From assembly GCA_944363735.1 (NCBI GenBank), contig CALVVB010000003.1, forward strand, positions 1-63,012: 63,012 nucleotides of DNA. The letters run 5' to 3'. Every line of letters starts with the position of its first letter. Position 1 is the stretch's first letter. Origin of the DNA: an uncultured Bacilli bacterium (GTDB taxonomy: Bacteria > Bacillota_I > Bacilli_A > RF39 > UBA660). Both the position numbers and the translations under genes were made by a program. Shown here piece by piece: positions 1 through 14,013 of this stretch. The notes under the pieces are model-generated. The model did not search any database, was not told where the DNA came from, and saw only the letters and a program-made list of their open reading frames with translations.

Positions 1-114
1 ACTATATAAAATATATGTTCGTCAATACATAAATTCGATTTTTATTTAAAAAACGCACTTTCCTTATAGATAAAAAAAGATAGGCTTTTATGCCTATCGA
101 ATAAGTTATATTAC

Positions 115-339
115 TTATTTATTAGTATAACTTCCACTAACTTGATTTAATCCATTTTGTACTAAACGTCTAGTGATTTCACCACCAACTGAACCGTTAG
201 CACGACTAGTAGCATCTGGTCCTAAATTAACACCAAATTCATTAGCTATTTCATATTTCATTTTATCAATAGCTTGTTTAGCACCAGGAACTCTCATTTT
301 CATAGAACCAGTGTTCATATTGTTGTTCATTTGTTTCAC
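115..339 (-). CDS. alpha/beta-type small acid-soluble spore protein (SASP)
   Basis: 74-aa ORF with both conserved SASP blocks ([10 protein letters not shown]; [16 protein letters not shown]). Marks the host as a spore former. Confidence 0.9.
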   Translation of the reverse strand: MKQMNNNMNTGSMKMRVPGAKQAIDKMKYEIANEFGVNLGPDATSRANGSVGGEITRRLVQNGLNQVSGSYTNK

Positions 340-404
340 CTCCTACACTAGTAGAATGTGAATTTTTTTAAATTTCATACATTTTTTTTACTGGTAATTT
401 TTAC

Positions 405-1580
405 CTAAAGAATATTTTCATAATTTTTTTCTTCTTTATAGATAAAAGTATTATCTATAGTTTCTTTTAAAATCTCCTCAAACTCGACTTTTTCTTCTTC
501 TTTTAGCGTCTCTTCTAGTGTTGGATTAATTATAGGATGCTTTGGTACAAAGACTGTACAACAATCTTCATAAGGTAAGATACTAGTATTATATGTATCT
601 ATTTTTTTAGCAAGATCTATTATTTCTAATTTATCTAGACATGCTACTGGTCTAACTACTGGTATATTAGTAACATTATTTATTACATACATACTATTTA
701 ATGTTTGACTTGCTACTTGTCCAATAGATTCCCCATTTATTATTACTTTAGCATTATATTTTTTACATAAAGCATCCATTATTCTATACATCATTCTTCT
801 CATAATAGTAATAACATAATTAGGAGAAACACTTTTATAAATTTCTTCTTGTATTTTAGTAAATGGTACTATATATAGATTTATATCATTAGTATAAACT
901 TTTAATTTATTTACTAAAGTTATTACTTTTTCTCTTGCTTCTAAACTAGTATGAGGTATCGCTTCAAAGTATACTGCATCTACTTTAATTCCTCGCTTCA
1001 TAGCAAGAAATCCTGCAACTGGAGAATCTATACCTCCACTTAACATTAATAATCCTTTACCTTGGATTCCACTAGGATATCCTCCTAATCCATTAAATGC
1101 ATTATAATAAATATACGTATTCTTTTCTCTTATTTCTACATGAATAATAACATCTGGATTATTAACATCTACTTTAATATTATCCTTATTTTTTAAAACT
1201 ATACCTCCAAATATTCTTGATAATTCCATACTTGTTTTAGGAAAAGATTTATCACTTCTTTTAGTTTCTACCTTAAAAGTTTTAAAACTTTCAAGTTTTA
1301 TTGTTTTAATCAATTCATACTTAATAGAATCCATATCACTATTAGTAACATAAGCAATATGATAAGAATGTATACCAAATATTTGATGAATTTTATTTAT
1401 AATAGATTCTTCATCTTTTAAATTATAATGAATATACATTCTAGACAAATCTCTTTCTATTAAAATATTATAATCTTTTAATTTATTCTCAATATTTTTT
1501 GTTAAAGTTTTGACAAAAAAATTACGATTACCTTTTTTAGTAGTCAATTCTCCATATTTAATTAATATTACTTTTTCCAT
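405..1580 (-). CDS. thiI: tRNA 4-thiouridine sulfurtransferase ThiI
   Basis: 391 aa. ThiI-type N-terminus (KYGELTTKKGNRNFF) and PP-loop SGGIDSPVA. Adjacent to a cysteine desulfurase, as in Bacillus. Confidence 0.9.
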   Translation of the reverse strand: MEKVILIKYGELTTKKGNRNFFVKTLTKNIENKLKDYNILIERDLSRMYIHYNLKDEESIINKIHQIFGIHSYHIAYVTNSDMDSIKYELIKTIKLESFKTFKVETKRSDKSFPKTSMELSRIFGGIVLKNKDNIKVDVNNPDVIIHVEIREKNTYIYYNAFNGLGGYPSGIQGKGLLMLSGGIDSPVAGFLAMKRGIKVDAVYFEAIPHTSLEAREKVITLVNKLKVYTNDINLYIVPFTKIQEEIYKSVSPNYVITIMRRMMYRIMDALCKKYNAKVIINGESIGQVASQTLNSMYVINNVTNIPVVRPVACLDKLEIIDLAKKIDTYNTSILPYEDCCTVFVPKHPIINPTLEETLKEEEKVEFEEILKETIDNTFIYKEEKNYENIL

Positions 1581-1704
1581 AAACTTTTCCTTTCTACATA
1601 TTCATTACGAATTTCTATATATTTTACACATTTTTTGTAATGACTTTTGTTCAATATTTTAAATCAAATTATTTTAGCAATTCAATATTTTTTTCTTCTT
1701 AAAA

Positions 1705-2817
1705 TTATAGAGAATCCTTTACCAAATTATCTTTTAATATTTTTATAAATTCTTTAGCCTCTTCCATGGTACTATCCTTAGATAAAGAGAGTCTTAAAGA
1801 TGTTTTACTTATCTCTTTATCATTTGTTAACAGATAAATACTTTGAGAATAATCTTCTTTAGAAGAACATGCTGTTTTAGTAGACAAATATATATCATTA
1901 GCTTCTAATTTATGTATCATAGTCTCTGGTTTTATTCCTTTAATACTAAAATTCAAGATATAAGGAGAGGAATCTACTTTAGAGTTTATAGTAATACCTA
2001 ATTTATTTAATTCATCCCTTAAATAATTATTAATCTTTCTTATCTTTAAATAAGCCTCATCTTTTTTCTCTAATGCTAGGCGTAAAGCTTTAGCAAATGA
2101 TACTATTAATGGTAGAGGAGGAGTTCCTGCTCTATAGATTGTTTGACTATCTCCTCCATCTATTAGAGGTAATAAATTAGTTTTTTCTTTTTTCATTAAG
2201 ATAGCTACTCCTTTAAGTCCATTAAATTTATGAGCAGATGCAGAAAATAAATCTACATAAGAAAGATCAATATTCAATTTAGTTAAGCTCTGGGTTCCAT
2301 CAACATGAAATATTGCCTTGCTATTTTCTTTGATAATTTTTCCGATAACATCTATATCTTGTATTATTCCAAGTTCACTATTAACATGATGAATAGAAAC
2401 AAGTACTGGATCTAATTTTAGTTTTTCTTTTAAATCGTTAATATCTATATGATAATTAGAATCTAATTTTAAATTAATAACTTCTATATCTTTTAAGTTA
2501 TTTAGTGTATTAGTAATAGAAGGATGCTCCAAAATTGTAGTTAATATTATTCTTTTTCTATTAGGATAAGCATCTAATACTCCTTTAATTGCTAAATTAT
2601 TAGATTCACTACTACTACTTGTAAATATTATTTCATCTTCTAATACATTAAGAAAATCTGCAACTTGTTTGGTAGCAGCATTCATTAGTTTTTTACTTTC
2701 AAAACCTAATTTATGAATTGAGTTAGTATTACCAATGTAATCTTTAGAAACAGTAACAAAAGTTTTTAGAACTTCATCATTTACACTAGTAGTAGCAGCA
2801 TTATCAAAATAAATCAT
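1705..2817 (-). CDS. cysteine desulfurase (NifS/IscS/NifZ-like, class V aminotransferase)
   Basis: 370 aa. PLP-lysine motif SASAHKFNGLKG, and the C-terminal Cys loop region STKTACSS. Sits in an operon position upstream of thiI. Confidence 0.85.
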   Translation of the reverse strand: MIYFDNAATTSVNDEVLKTFVTVSKDYIGNTNSIHKLGFESKKLMNAATKQVADFLNVLEDEIIFTSSSSESNNLAIKGVLDAYPNRKRIILTTILEHPSITNTLNNLKDIEVINLKLDSNYHIDINDLKEKLKLDPVLVSIHHVNSELGIIQDIDVIGKIIKENSKAIFHVDGTQSLTKLNIDLSYVDLFSASAHKFNGLKGVAILMKKEKTNLLPLIDGGDSQTIYRAGTPPLPLIVSFAKALRLALEKKDEAYLKIRKINNYLRDELNKLGITINSKVDSSPYILNFSIKGIKPETMIHKLEANDIYLSTKTACSSKEDYSQSIYLLTNDKEISKTSLRLSLSKDSTMEEAKEFIKILKDNLVKDSL

Positions 2818-3057
2818 TTAACATCACCTTTTTATTAATTAAAACATATTTTTTAGATTAAAAATACGAAGAGACGACAGTAAAACTATCAATTATTCAA
2901 TATTCTTATTATTTATTAGGTTTTCAGCCATTTATTTTCTTTTAATCCTACTAATAGTAGTATTTCAAAATTGTTTTGCATATCCTCTCCAGATAAGTTA
3001 TTATACTACTATCTTTTGATTCAAAAAGCAAGATATTAAATTATTTGCTAGTCTTAT

Positions 3058-3645
3058 TTACTCTGCAAAAACATTTTCAATTATCAAAGTTTTATCATTA
3101 TAATCAGTAACGATTCCAATCAAACTAACAGGGGCATTTTTGTTAAGATCTTTAATATTTTTTGATAAAAGTTTAGCTTCTACAGTTAAATTATATTTAC
3201 CTTCTTCTTCATCAGTAAATTTGATAGTAATAGTATTATTTTTTATATTTTTTGTATCAATAGTTCCTGTTAATCTTATAAATTCACCTAAATGATTATT
3301 ATTGTCATTTATAATGGAATAAGCTAGATCTCTTATAGTAAAGGTTTCAGGAGTAGTATTATACTTTATACCCCAAGAGCCTATAACAGTATCACGTCTA
3401 CCTACTTTTTGATTATATTTAATAACTTTATAACCAAGACCATAATACTCTTTTGTTCCTCCATCATTATAGACTTTTGTTCTAATAGCAAGAAAAGGTC
3501 CAACTCCTGCTTTAGATACTAATAAAATATCTGTAGTTACTAAGACTCCTATTACTATTATTACTATCATAATAATAGTAGATATTTTCTTTATTTTTTT
3601 CTCTTCTTCTACTGATATTCCTTCTAATTTTTCTTCTGTTTGCAT
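3058..3645 (-). CDS. hypothetical membrane-anchored protein
   Basis: 195-aa ORF with one N-terminal TM helix (IIMIVIIVIGVLVTTDILLV). No motif recognised. Confidence 0.5.
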   Translation of the reverse strand: MQTEEKLEGISVEEEKKIKKISTIIMIVIIVIGVLVTTDILLVSKAGVGPFLAIRTKVYNDGGTKEYYGLGYKVIKYNQKVGRRDTVIGSWGIKYNTTPETFTIRDLAYSIINDNNNHLGEFIRLTGTIDTKNIKNNTITIKFTDEEEGKYNLTVEAKLLSKNIKDLNKNAPVSLIGIVTDYNDKTLIIENVFAE

Positions 3646-3655
3646 TATAACACCC

Positions 3656-6584
<2,929 letters not shown>

Positions 6585-6593
6585 ATATCCTCC

Positions 6594-8693
6594 TTATACT
6601 TTAGTTAAACTCTTATGATTCTTCATAAGTTTCTTAATTCCATATGGATGTTTAAAAGCAACTGATACTAAAGAATTTGTAACTTCTAACACTTTACCTG
6701 CTCCAAAGTGTTCATGAACAACATAATCTCCAACTTGATAGTCGACATCTTCATCTCTAATAACATCTTCTTTATCAATATGTTTAACCTCTTCTGTCTT
6801 TCTTATATTACTATCAATTAGACTATCATCTATTTCACTTATAAATCTACTTGGAGGATTAATACTATCTTCTCCAAATAATACTCTTCGTCTAGCATTT
6901 AAAAGATATAGTTTTTCTTTCGCTCTAGTTATGGCAACATAACAAAGTCTTCTCTCTTCTTCTGTTTCACTAGTACTCATCAAACAATTACGATGAGGAA
7001 ATATTCCTTCTTCTAGTCCTAAAACAAAGACAATATCATATTCTAATCCTTTAACAGAGTGAATTGTCATGAGACTTACTTTATGACGAGAATCTTTATA
7101 CTCATCTTTGTCATTAACAAGACTTACTTCATATAAGAAGTCTTCTAGGGATACAAGTCCCAGTCTCTCTTCAAAAGCCCTAGTAATAGATTTAAACTCT
7201 TCAAGGTTTTCTAATCTTACTTCACTTTCAATACTCTTTTCACTCTCTAGTTCAGCTTTCATACCAGTAGAATCTAGTACTTTATCAATTAACTCTGTTA
7301 AGGTGATAGACTCTGCTACCTTCTGTAAAGAGATAATCAAATCTTTAAACTTCTCTTCTTTACCATCATCTATCGCTTCAAATAAACTTATTCCTTCTTT
7401 ATCCGCTTTTTCTGTTAAGTGTTCTATTGTCTTTAATCCTATACCCCTTTTGGGAGTATTAATAACTCTTAAGAAACTTACATCATCTTTATGATTAAAA
7501 ATTAGTTTTAAGTAAGCAAGTAAGTCTTTAATCTCTTTTCTTTGATAGAAACTAAACCCCCCAACAATACGATAAGGAATATTTTGTTTTAACAGCTCTT
7601 CTTCAATAACTCGAGATTGGGCATTAGTTCTATACAGTATTGCTATATCACTAGCATCTATTCCATTATTAAGAAGTTTTTTTATTTCCATAGCAGTATA
7701 ATGACTCTCATCTTTTTCATCATAAGCTCTATAATATGTTATCTTATCTCCATCACCTTTAGTAGACCAAAGATTCTTATCTTTTCTTTTTTCGTTATTT
7801 TTAATAACACAGTTAGCAGCATCTAATATTGTCTTGGTAGATCGATAATTTTGTTCAAGCTTAATACTTAAAGCATTAGGATAATCTTTTTCAAAGTTTA
7901 AAATATTTTTATAATTAGCACCTCTAAAACCATATATAGCCTGATCAGCATCTCCAACAACACAAATATTTTTATATTTAGCACTTATCATTTTTGATAA
8001 TATATATTGAGCTTCATTAGTATCTTGATACTCATCTATTAATATATATTTATACCGTTCTTGATATTTCTGCAAGACATCAGGATACTTTCTAAAAAGA
8101 GTTATAGGTAGAAGTAATAAATCATCAAAGTCCATAGCATTATTATTTTTTAACTTATCTTCATATTTATAATAAACTTCACTTACAACATTTTCATAAT
8201 CACCTGCAATATATTTCTCATAATCTTTAGGAGATAAAAGCTCATTTTTACAATTGCTTATTTTATTTCTAATCGCTTTAGGATTATAAATTTTAGGATC
8301 ATAATTCAAACTCTTTAATATCTTTTTTACTATAGTTAAAGAATCATCACTATCCATAATAACAAAGTTATTACTATAACCTAATTTATCATAATTTTCT
8401 CTTAGTATTTTAAGACCAAAGGAATGGAAAGTTGATATTTGAATATCTCTTGCAACACTTCCTACCATTCTATCAACACGTTCTCTCATCTCTAAAGCCG
8501 CTTTGTTAGTAAAGGTAATAGCAAGTATCTCATAAGGAGATATACCAAACTCTTCTATCAAATAAGCTATTTTCGTAGTTAAAACTTTAGTCTTTCCAGA
8601 TCCAGCTCCTGCTAATATTAAAAGAGGCCCTTCATTGCATAATACAGCCTTTTTTTGTTCTTTATTTAAATTATCTATATCTATATTACTCAT
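6594..8693 (-). CDS. pcrA: ATP-dependent DNA helicase PcrA (UvrD/Rep family)
   Basis: 699 aa. Walker A AGAGSGKTKV, DEYQDT, and further SF1 helicase motifs. pcrA-ligA synteny. Confidence 0.93.
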   Translation of the reverse strand: MSNIDIDNLNKEQKKAVLCNEGPLLILAGAGSGKTKVLTTKIAYLIEEFGISPYEILAITFTNKAALEMRERVDRMVGSVARDIQISTFHSFGLKILRENYDKLGYSNNFVIMDSDDSLTIVKKILKSLNYDPKIYNPKAIRNKISNCKNELLSPKDYEKYIAGDYENVVSEVYYKYEDKLKNNNAMDFDDLLLLPITLFRKYPDVLQKYQERYKYILIDEYQDTNEAQYILSKMISAKYKNICVVGDADQAIYGFRGANYKNILNFEKDYPNALSIKLEQNYRSTKTILDAANCVIKNNEKRKDKNLWSTKGDGDKITYYRAYDEKDESHYTAMEIKKLLNNGIDASDIAILYRTNAQSRVIEEELLKQNIPYRIVGGFSFYQRKEIKDLLAYLKLIFNHKDDVSFLRVINTPKRGIGLKTIEHLTEKADKEGISLFEAIDDGKEEKFKDLIISLQKVAESITLTELIDKVLDSTGMKAELESEKSIESEVRLENLEEFKSITRAFEERLGLVSLEDFLYEVSLVNDKDEYKDSRHKVSLMTIHSVKGLEYDIVFVLGLEEGIFPHRNCLMSTSETEEERRLCYVAITRAKEKLYLLNARRRVLFGEDSINPPSRFISEIDDSLIDSNIRKTEEVKHIDKEDVIRDEDVDYQVGDYVVHEHFGAGKVLEVTNSLVSVAFKHPYGIKKLMKNHKSLTKV

Positions 8694-8750
8694 ATTATTA
8701 CCTACTTCCTAATTAATTATATCATTAGGAAAAAGAAAAAGAAACCTTCT

Positions 8751-9674
8751 TTAGATTTCTTTATTATCAGCATCAAGAACATACAGAAAATAATTTATAT
8801 TACGATAAAAATTATCAATAGCAAGTGGATCTATTATAAAATATAATTTAGCATCTAATAAATCTTTTAACATATCCATTATTAATAATCTTATTCTCCT
8901 AATAACTGCAATACTTCTTTCATTTAAATTCTGTTGATTTTCAGGAGATAAAGGCAATGTATTATAATCTTCTAACAATTCTGGATATATTTCATTCAAG
9001 ATATTGTTTAATACCTCTATATATGATGTTTCATCAGGATCTATTACCCCTCTTAAGAAAGATGTTATTTCATAAGCTGTAATATTGTAACCATATTCTG
9101 TATCTAAAGCAATTATTGGATCTTTTCTTATCATTTCTTTTAATCTATTTAATTCTCCTATATACAGTTCAATTGTTATAATCATAAAATTATACATAGT
9201 AGGATAAGAATATGAAAATAAATTATTAGAAGTCATCTCACTTCTTATTTCTCGTGCTAATTCTATAAAACTATTAGCAATAGATAAAGCCCTTGCATTA
9301 ATAGAAGCCATTGATTCTATCAGTTCGTCATTAACTTCAAACTCATCAGTTGGATTTAAATTAAGTTGCTTTTCTGTTATATCTGTTCCAAGATTTAAAT
9401 TAAAAAGCTTTTCTGTTAATCTTTCTATAGGAAGAGTATACTCTGTATAAAAAATTTGATAGTTCAATCCTTTAGATGGTACTTTTCCATTAGTAAGAGT
9501 TATTATTTCTCTACCTAAATCTTGACTTCTCCTAGCAAGTGATTCAGCTCTTTCTTTATAAGAATTATTTCCATAAAAAGAAAGTTCAATATTAATACAA
9601 AAATCTCTTAATGTTCTTAAATAATATAGATTTGCATCTATTGATTCTTTATAGAATTCTTCTTCTGTTAACAT
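8751..9674 (-). CDS. hypothetical protein (helical; possibly DUF2935-like, unverified)
   Basis: 307-aa ORF with no competing frame. The family assignment is only a weak impression. Confidence 0.5.
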   Translation of the reverse strand: MLTEEEFYKESIDANLYYLRTLRDFCINIELSFYGNNSYKERAESLARRSQDLGREIITLTNGKVPSKGLNYQIFYTEYTLPIERLTEKLFNLNLGTDITEKQLNLNPTDEFEVNDELIESMASINARALSIANSFIELAREIRSEMTSNNLFSYSYPTMYNFMIITIELYIGELNRLKEMIRKDPIIALDTEYGYNITAYEITSFLRGVIDPDETSYIEVLNNILNEIYPELLEDYNTLPLSPENQQNLNERSIAVIRRIRLLIMDMLKDLLDAKLYFIIDPLAIDNFYRNINYFLYVLDADNKEI

Positions 9675-9717
9675 TTTATCACCAATAAATTATATGCATA
9701 AAAAAAGAGATTTTTAA

Positions 9718-10578
9718 CTAATCTCTTATACTTTGATATAGTTTATTTAATTCTGTTAAAGGGTTATCTTCAGTTTTTGACGCATGTTTTTCTTTTTCTT
9801 CTTTTAATATTTTTAGCATAAGCTTATACTCATCTAAAGTAAACTCTTGTCCTAATAGATTTATCGAAGATTGATCTGCTTTCTTTTCTTCTTTAAGCTC
9901 TTCTACAACAACTTCTTTTTTAGGTTCTTTATAAGCTTCTTTAATATCAAAATTATTAATAATACTATAGTTTGTAAAAGATTCAACTTTAACCAAATTA
10001 TGTTTATATTGATATTTTCTTATTAAGTGGTAAACTCCTAAAGATATTATCCAGAAAACAAAGATAAACATACTTAATTCTAAAAGACTTCTAACAGCAT
10101 TACTACTATACAATTCTGTAACATTAAAGACATCTAGATTAAGACTACTAACTTGTGAAATTGCTAATATAAATAGATACATGATAATTGCAAAAGCAGT
10201 AGAGTTTATAACTTTTAATTTAAAGTCCACTTTATTATCAAATATTGTTTTAAATAAAACTATATTAGTTATAATTAACATAATTATATAGATAACAATA
10301 TTTGGAAAATAATAAGTTATAAACACTTCATTAATAGCATAATCTATCAAAGTCATAAAACTACTACCATATTGGAAAGCTATAAAGATAAAACCTGCCA
10401 AATATAATAGAATATAAGTTCTTTTACTTTGTTTTTTATTTGAACCATTAGTAGTAATAAATATTATAGTTAATATCACTATTACTGCTAGTATCATTAA
10501 ATATAAGTTTTTAGATATAATTAAATCAAAAACTGTTTGTAATTTTGTTATTAATGATAATGGACTCATCAATAACAC
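9718..10578 (-). CDS. multi-pass membrane protein, unknown function
   Basis: 286 aa with about 6 hydrophobic helices, then a charged C-terminal tail. Confidence 0.5.
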   Translation of the reverse strand: MLLMSPLSLITKLQTVFDLIISKNLYLMILAVIVILTIIFITTNGSNKKQSKRTYILLYLAGFIFIAFQYGSSFMTLIDYAINEVFITYYFPNIVIYIIMLIITNIVLFKTIFDNKVDFKLKVINSTAFAIIMYLFILAISQVSSLNLDVFNVTELYSSNAVRSLLELSMFIFVFWIISLGVYHLIRKYQYKHNLVKVESFTNYSIINNFDIKEAYKEPKKEVVVEELKEEKKADQSSINLLGQEFTLDEYKLMLKILKEEKEKHASKTEDNPLTELNKLYQSIRD

Positions 10579-10589
10579 CCCCCTTTTAT

Positions 10590-11246
10590 TTATTGAACAC
10601 TATATAGTTCTGCTATATAAATAGTTTGTGTAGAACTATCATCTTTCGTACATGTAATTAATGTAAGCGTTGTCTTATCATAATTTCTTTTTATTGAGAC
10701 AGTACCTGTATTTGCTTCTTTATATATATTTGTAATTTTATATTTATAGTTAACTCCAGCATAGGTAACTATAGCTTCATATCCAACTTCTAATTTATAC
10801 AAGTCTTTAAAGAAAGCTTTCCAACCAGTACCAGAGTGTCCTGCTATTATTAAATTACTATTAGTAACATCAGGCATCTTACTACCTTTTATTACTTCAA
10901 TATTTGCTTCTACTGTATTGAGATTAGAAGCAATATTGTAAAAACCCCTTCTAAACTTTATTTTTGGTATTTCTAAATACCCAATATAACTTTCAATATC
11001 TTGATAATTATATGAGTTATTTTCTTCATCATCAGTAACAACTTCTGTTGTATTAACACTATATATCTCTGTTTCATTCTTATTATATATCTGTTCATTC
11101 ATATAATCATAAGCTTTCATTCTTTTATCACTGATGAAATTATAAAGAAGAAAGAATCCTCCAAGAGTTATTACAAAAGCACTAATTAGAGCAACTGTAT
11201 TAGGAGAGATTCTTTTCTTTTTATTTAACTTTTTGTTTTTTACCAT
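10590..11246 (-). CDS. sortase family transpeptidase
   Basis: 218 aa. N-terminal TM, catalytic His region IIAGHSG and TLITC Cys motif. Its start overlaps the stop of the upstream LPXTG-like substrate gene. Confidence 0.85.
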   Translation of the reverse strand: MVKNKKLNKKKRISPNTVALISAFVITLGGFFLLYNFISDKRMKAYDYMNEQIYNKNETEIYSVNTTEVVTDDEENNSYNYQDIESYIGYLEIPKIKFRRGFYNIASNLNTVEANIEVIKGSKMPDVTNSNLIIAGHSGTGWKAFFKDLYKLEVGYEAIVTYAGVNYKYKITNIYKEANTGTVSIKRNYDKTTLTLITCTKDDSSTQTIYIAELYSVQ

Positions 11247-13041
11247 TGTAGTATACGAATCCTACTCCGGATATCAAAAGTACTGATCCAAATAAAGTAC
11301 TTATTAGGGATTTATTACTTCCAGTAAATGGAACTTCTACTATTTCATTATTTTCAAAAATAACTAAAGCAGTTGGTGTTTCATCACTAATTATGAAACT
11401 ATAAATTTCATCACTCTTTTTATAACCTTCTGGAGCCTTTAACTCTTCTACTGTATATTCTCCATCTTTTAGTCCTGTAATAGTATGAGGTTCAGTAGTA
11501 GTTACAAATTCTTCTATTACATTTCCATTACTATCTTTTACCACTAATGTCGCTCCTGCTAATGGATTACCAGTAGCAGCATCTACTTTTAAAATATTAA
11601 CTAATTTATCAATAGCAGTATTTTCGATAGTTAATGTTACATCACGGTTCTCCTTATCAATTACAAACTCGAATATTTCATCTGTTTTCTTGTAACCTGC
11701 TGGAGCCTTTATTTCTTCTACTGTATATTTTCCATCTTTAAGATTACTTAATTTATGTGGTTCAGTTGTTGTAACAAACTCTTCTATTACTTTACCACTA
11801 CTATCTTTTACTACGAATGTTGCCCCTGCTACTGGTTGTTTAGTAACTGAATCTATTTTTATAATAGTCGCATTTTTCTCTATTTCCCTATTTCTAAATC
11901 TTATAGAAATATTTCTATTTGTATCAGTAATTGTAAATTCTACAACTCTATCATTTAAAATATAACCATCAGGTGCTTTTGTTTCTTGTAATGTATAAGT
12001 ACCATTAGGTAAATTTTTAATTACATGTGATGATGTAGTTGAAGTCCAAGTTGCAACTGTATTACCTTTACTATCTTTAACTACAAATGTCGCTCCTGCT
12101 AAAGGCTGCTCTGTTTCATCATCTATTTTAGTAATAGTAACTTTACTAGTTTCAAGTATTAAATTCGTCTCATCAGTTACAGCTGATGTATCTGGATACA
12201 ATAAAGAACCAAAAACACTTTGTTTAGTAGGATCACTAGATTTATACATATATGCTTTATTAATTGATCCTGTCGCTGTCGCTTTTATTTTTATATTAAG
12301 ACTACCTATATCTACAGATGATGCTGGAACTCTAACTTTAAAGCTTTCAGAAGGTGCAAATGAAGTTTGCACAACCCCTGTTGTAGCATTTACTACTGTT
12401 GTTCCAGATGGTGCATTTTCTAATGATATTGTATAATTACCTGTTGTATATAATGTTTTTGCACTAATAACATTTGATTCATAATAGCTTTTATCACTAG
12501 ATAAATTTAGTGTATTATCATTATTTATAAGTTTAATTGCAGGTGTCGCATAAGATGTAATTTGTTCAGCACCATTTACTAAATTAATAATATATTGCCT
12601 TAAATTATATGGATCAGAACCTGTTGTTTTAAAACTATCTGGTAAGTTATGTCCTCCCATGTGTAAATCCATATACCACCATAAAGCAGCTTGAGTAATA
12701 TAATAATCCTTATCAGAATCTCCTGTTATACTTGTTCTAGGATAACCATTTGATAAAATATATGCAATAGCTGCTGGAGCTTCTCCTTCAAATGTCATAG
12801 TTACTCCATAAGGAATACCAAGATTCATATCACGACAGTAAACATATCCACCAAGACTGCTAGTTAATTTAGCATAATGGATATTATCAATATATCCAGT
12901 TAATATTTTTTCACTATTTGCTGTAAAACTAGTTGGTGCAGTAGTTTCAGCATTAGTACCAATAATAGTAAAAATTCCTAATGTTGCAACTAAAACTGCC
13001 AAAACTATAAATTTTAATTTATGTACTTTTAATCTTTTCAT
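11221..13041 (-). CDS. cell-wall-anchored adhesin: thioester domain plus 3 CnaB-type repeats, VPFTG sorting signal
   Basis: 606 aa. Signal peptide. Thioester-domain motifs YCRDMNLGIP and ITQAALWWY. Three ~90-aa repeats (GATFVVKDS...YTLQE/YTVEE...AP.GY). C-terminal VPFTGS, hydrophobic stretch and KKQKVK. Confidence 0.85.
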   Translation of the reverse strand: MKRLKVHKLKFIVLAVLVATLGIFTIIGTNAETTAPTSFTANSEKILTGYIDNIHYAKLTSSLGGYVYCRDMNLGIPYGVTMTFEGEAPAAIAYILSNGYPRTSITGDSDKDYYITQAALWWYMDLHMGGHNLPDSFKTTGSDPYNLRQYIINLVNGAEQITSYATPAIKLINNDNTLNLSSDKSYYESNVISAKTLYTTGNYTISLENAPSGTTVVNATTGVVQTSFAPSESFKVRVPASSVDIGSLNIKIKATATGSINKAYMYKSSDPTKQSVFGSLLYPDTSAVTDETNLILETSKVTITKIDDETEQPLAGATFVVKDSKGNTVATWTSTTSSHVIKNLPNGTYTLQETKAPDGYILNDRVVEFTITDTNRNISIRFRNREIEKNATIIKIDSVTKQPVAGATFVVKDSSGKVIEEFVTTTEPHKLSNLKDGKYTVEEIKAPAGYKKTDEIFEFVIDKENRDVTLTIENTAIDKLVNILKVDAATGNPLAGATLVVKDSNGNVIEEFVTTTEPHTITGLKDGEYTVEELKAPEGYKKSDEIYSFIISDETPTALVIFENNEIVEVPFTGSNKSLISTLFGSVLLISGVGFVYYNGKKQKVK

Positions 13042-13253
13042 TTTAATACCCCCAATTTGATTTGTGCCTATATTATACCACTTTTTATAAAAAAAAGCAA
13101 GTAATTTTAGTTACTATTTATAAATGGAGCTGATTACTGTTTATCAGATGAGAAAATTAAATTAACCACTAATACATGAAAAAAGCAGACATACTTAAAA
13201 AAATAATTTATGAAGTAATGAAAATATAGAATATATTTAATTACAAATTATTT

Positions 13254-14006
13254 TTATTTAACTTCTAACTCTATAGGGCAGTGATCACTTCCAAACACAT
13301 CATTGTCTATTTTCATATCATTTACACTATCTATAAATCTATTTGATACTAGAAAATAGTCAATTCTCCAGCCAATGTTCTTCTCTCTTGCTCTACCCAT
13401 ATAACTCCACCAGGTATAAGCATCTGCTTTATCTTTATATAGATAACGGTAAACATCAATAAAGCCACCATCTAATAGTCTTGTAAAAGCATCACGTTCT
13501 TCAATAGTAAAACCTGCATTACCAACATTACCTTTAGGATTAGCAAGATCTATTTCATTATGAGCAACATTAAAATCACCACAAATAATAACCGGTTTCT
13601 TCTTATCAAGACTCTGTAAATATTTAAGAAAATCTTTTTCCCAAGTCATTCGATAATCAAGTCTTGACAAGTCTCTCTTGACATTAGGAACATAGACACA
13701 AACTAAGAAAAAGTTATCATATTCTAAAGTTATAACTCTACCTTCATGGTCATGTATATCAACATCTATGCCATATGCCACATCAAGAGGTTTAACTCTA
13801 GAATAAACTGCTACTCCAGAATAACCTTTTTTATCGGCTGTATTTAAGTAAAAGTTATAACCATCCGGTCTAAAAGGAATCTCACTTTCTATTGCTTTTA
13901 CTTCTTGTAGACAGTAAACATCAGCATTACTTTCTTTAAAGAAGCCTTCAAAACCTTTCTTTAAACATGCTCTAAAACCTGCCACATTAAAAGATACTAT
14001 CTTCAT
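13254..14006 (-). CDS. exoA: exodeoxyribonuclease III (ExoA/XthA family AP endonuclease)
   Basis: 250 aa. MKIVSFNVAG..., CLQE, GDFNVAH and C-terminal SDHCP motifs typical of the ExoIII family. Confidence 0.9.
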   Translation of the reverse strand: MKIVSFNVAGFRACLKKGFEGFFKESNADVYCLQEVKAIESEIPFRPDGYNFYLNTADKKGYSGVAVYSRVKPLDVAYGIDVDIHDHEGRVITLEYDNFFLVCVYVPNVKRDLSRLDYRMTWEKDFLKYLQSLDKKKPVIICGDFNVAHNEIDLANPKGNVGNAGFTIEERDAFTRLLDGGFIDVYRYLYKDKADAYTWWSYMGRAREKNIGWRIDYFLVSNRFIDSVNDMKIDNDVFGSDHCPIELEVK

Positions 14007-14013
14007 ACCCCAC

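Noticed and set aside
2818-3057. 240-bp gap upstream of the cysteine desulfurase-thiI operon, as a possible T-box or riboswitch leader.
   Set aside because: No T-box sequence, specifier-loop architecture, recognisable riboswitch core or clear terminator/antiterminator pair could be found by eye. An Rfam scan would be needed.
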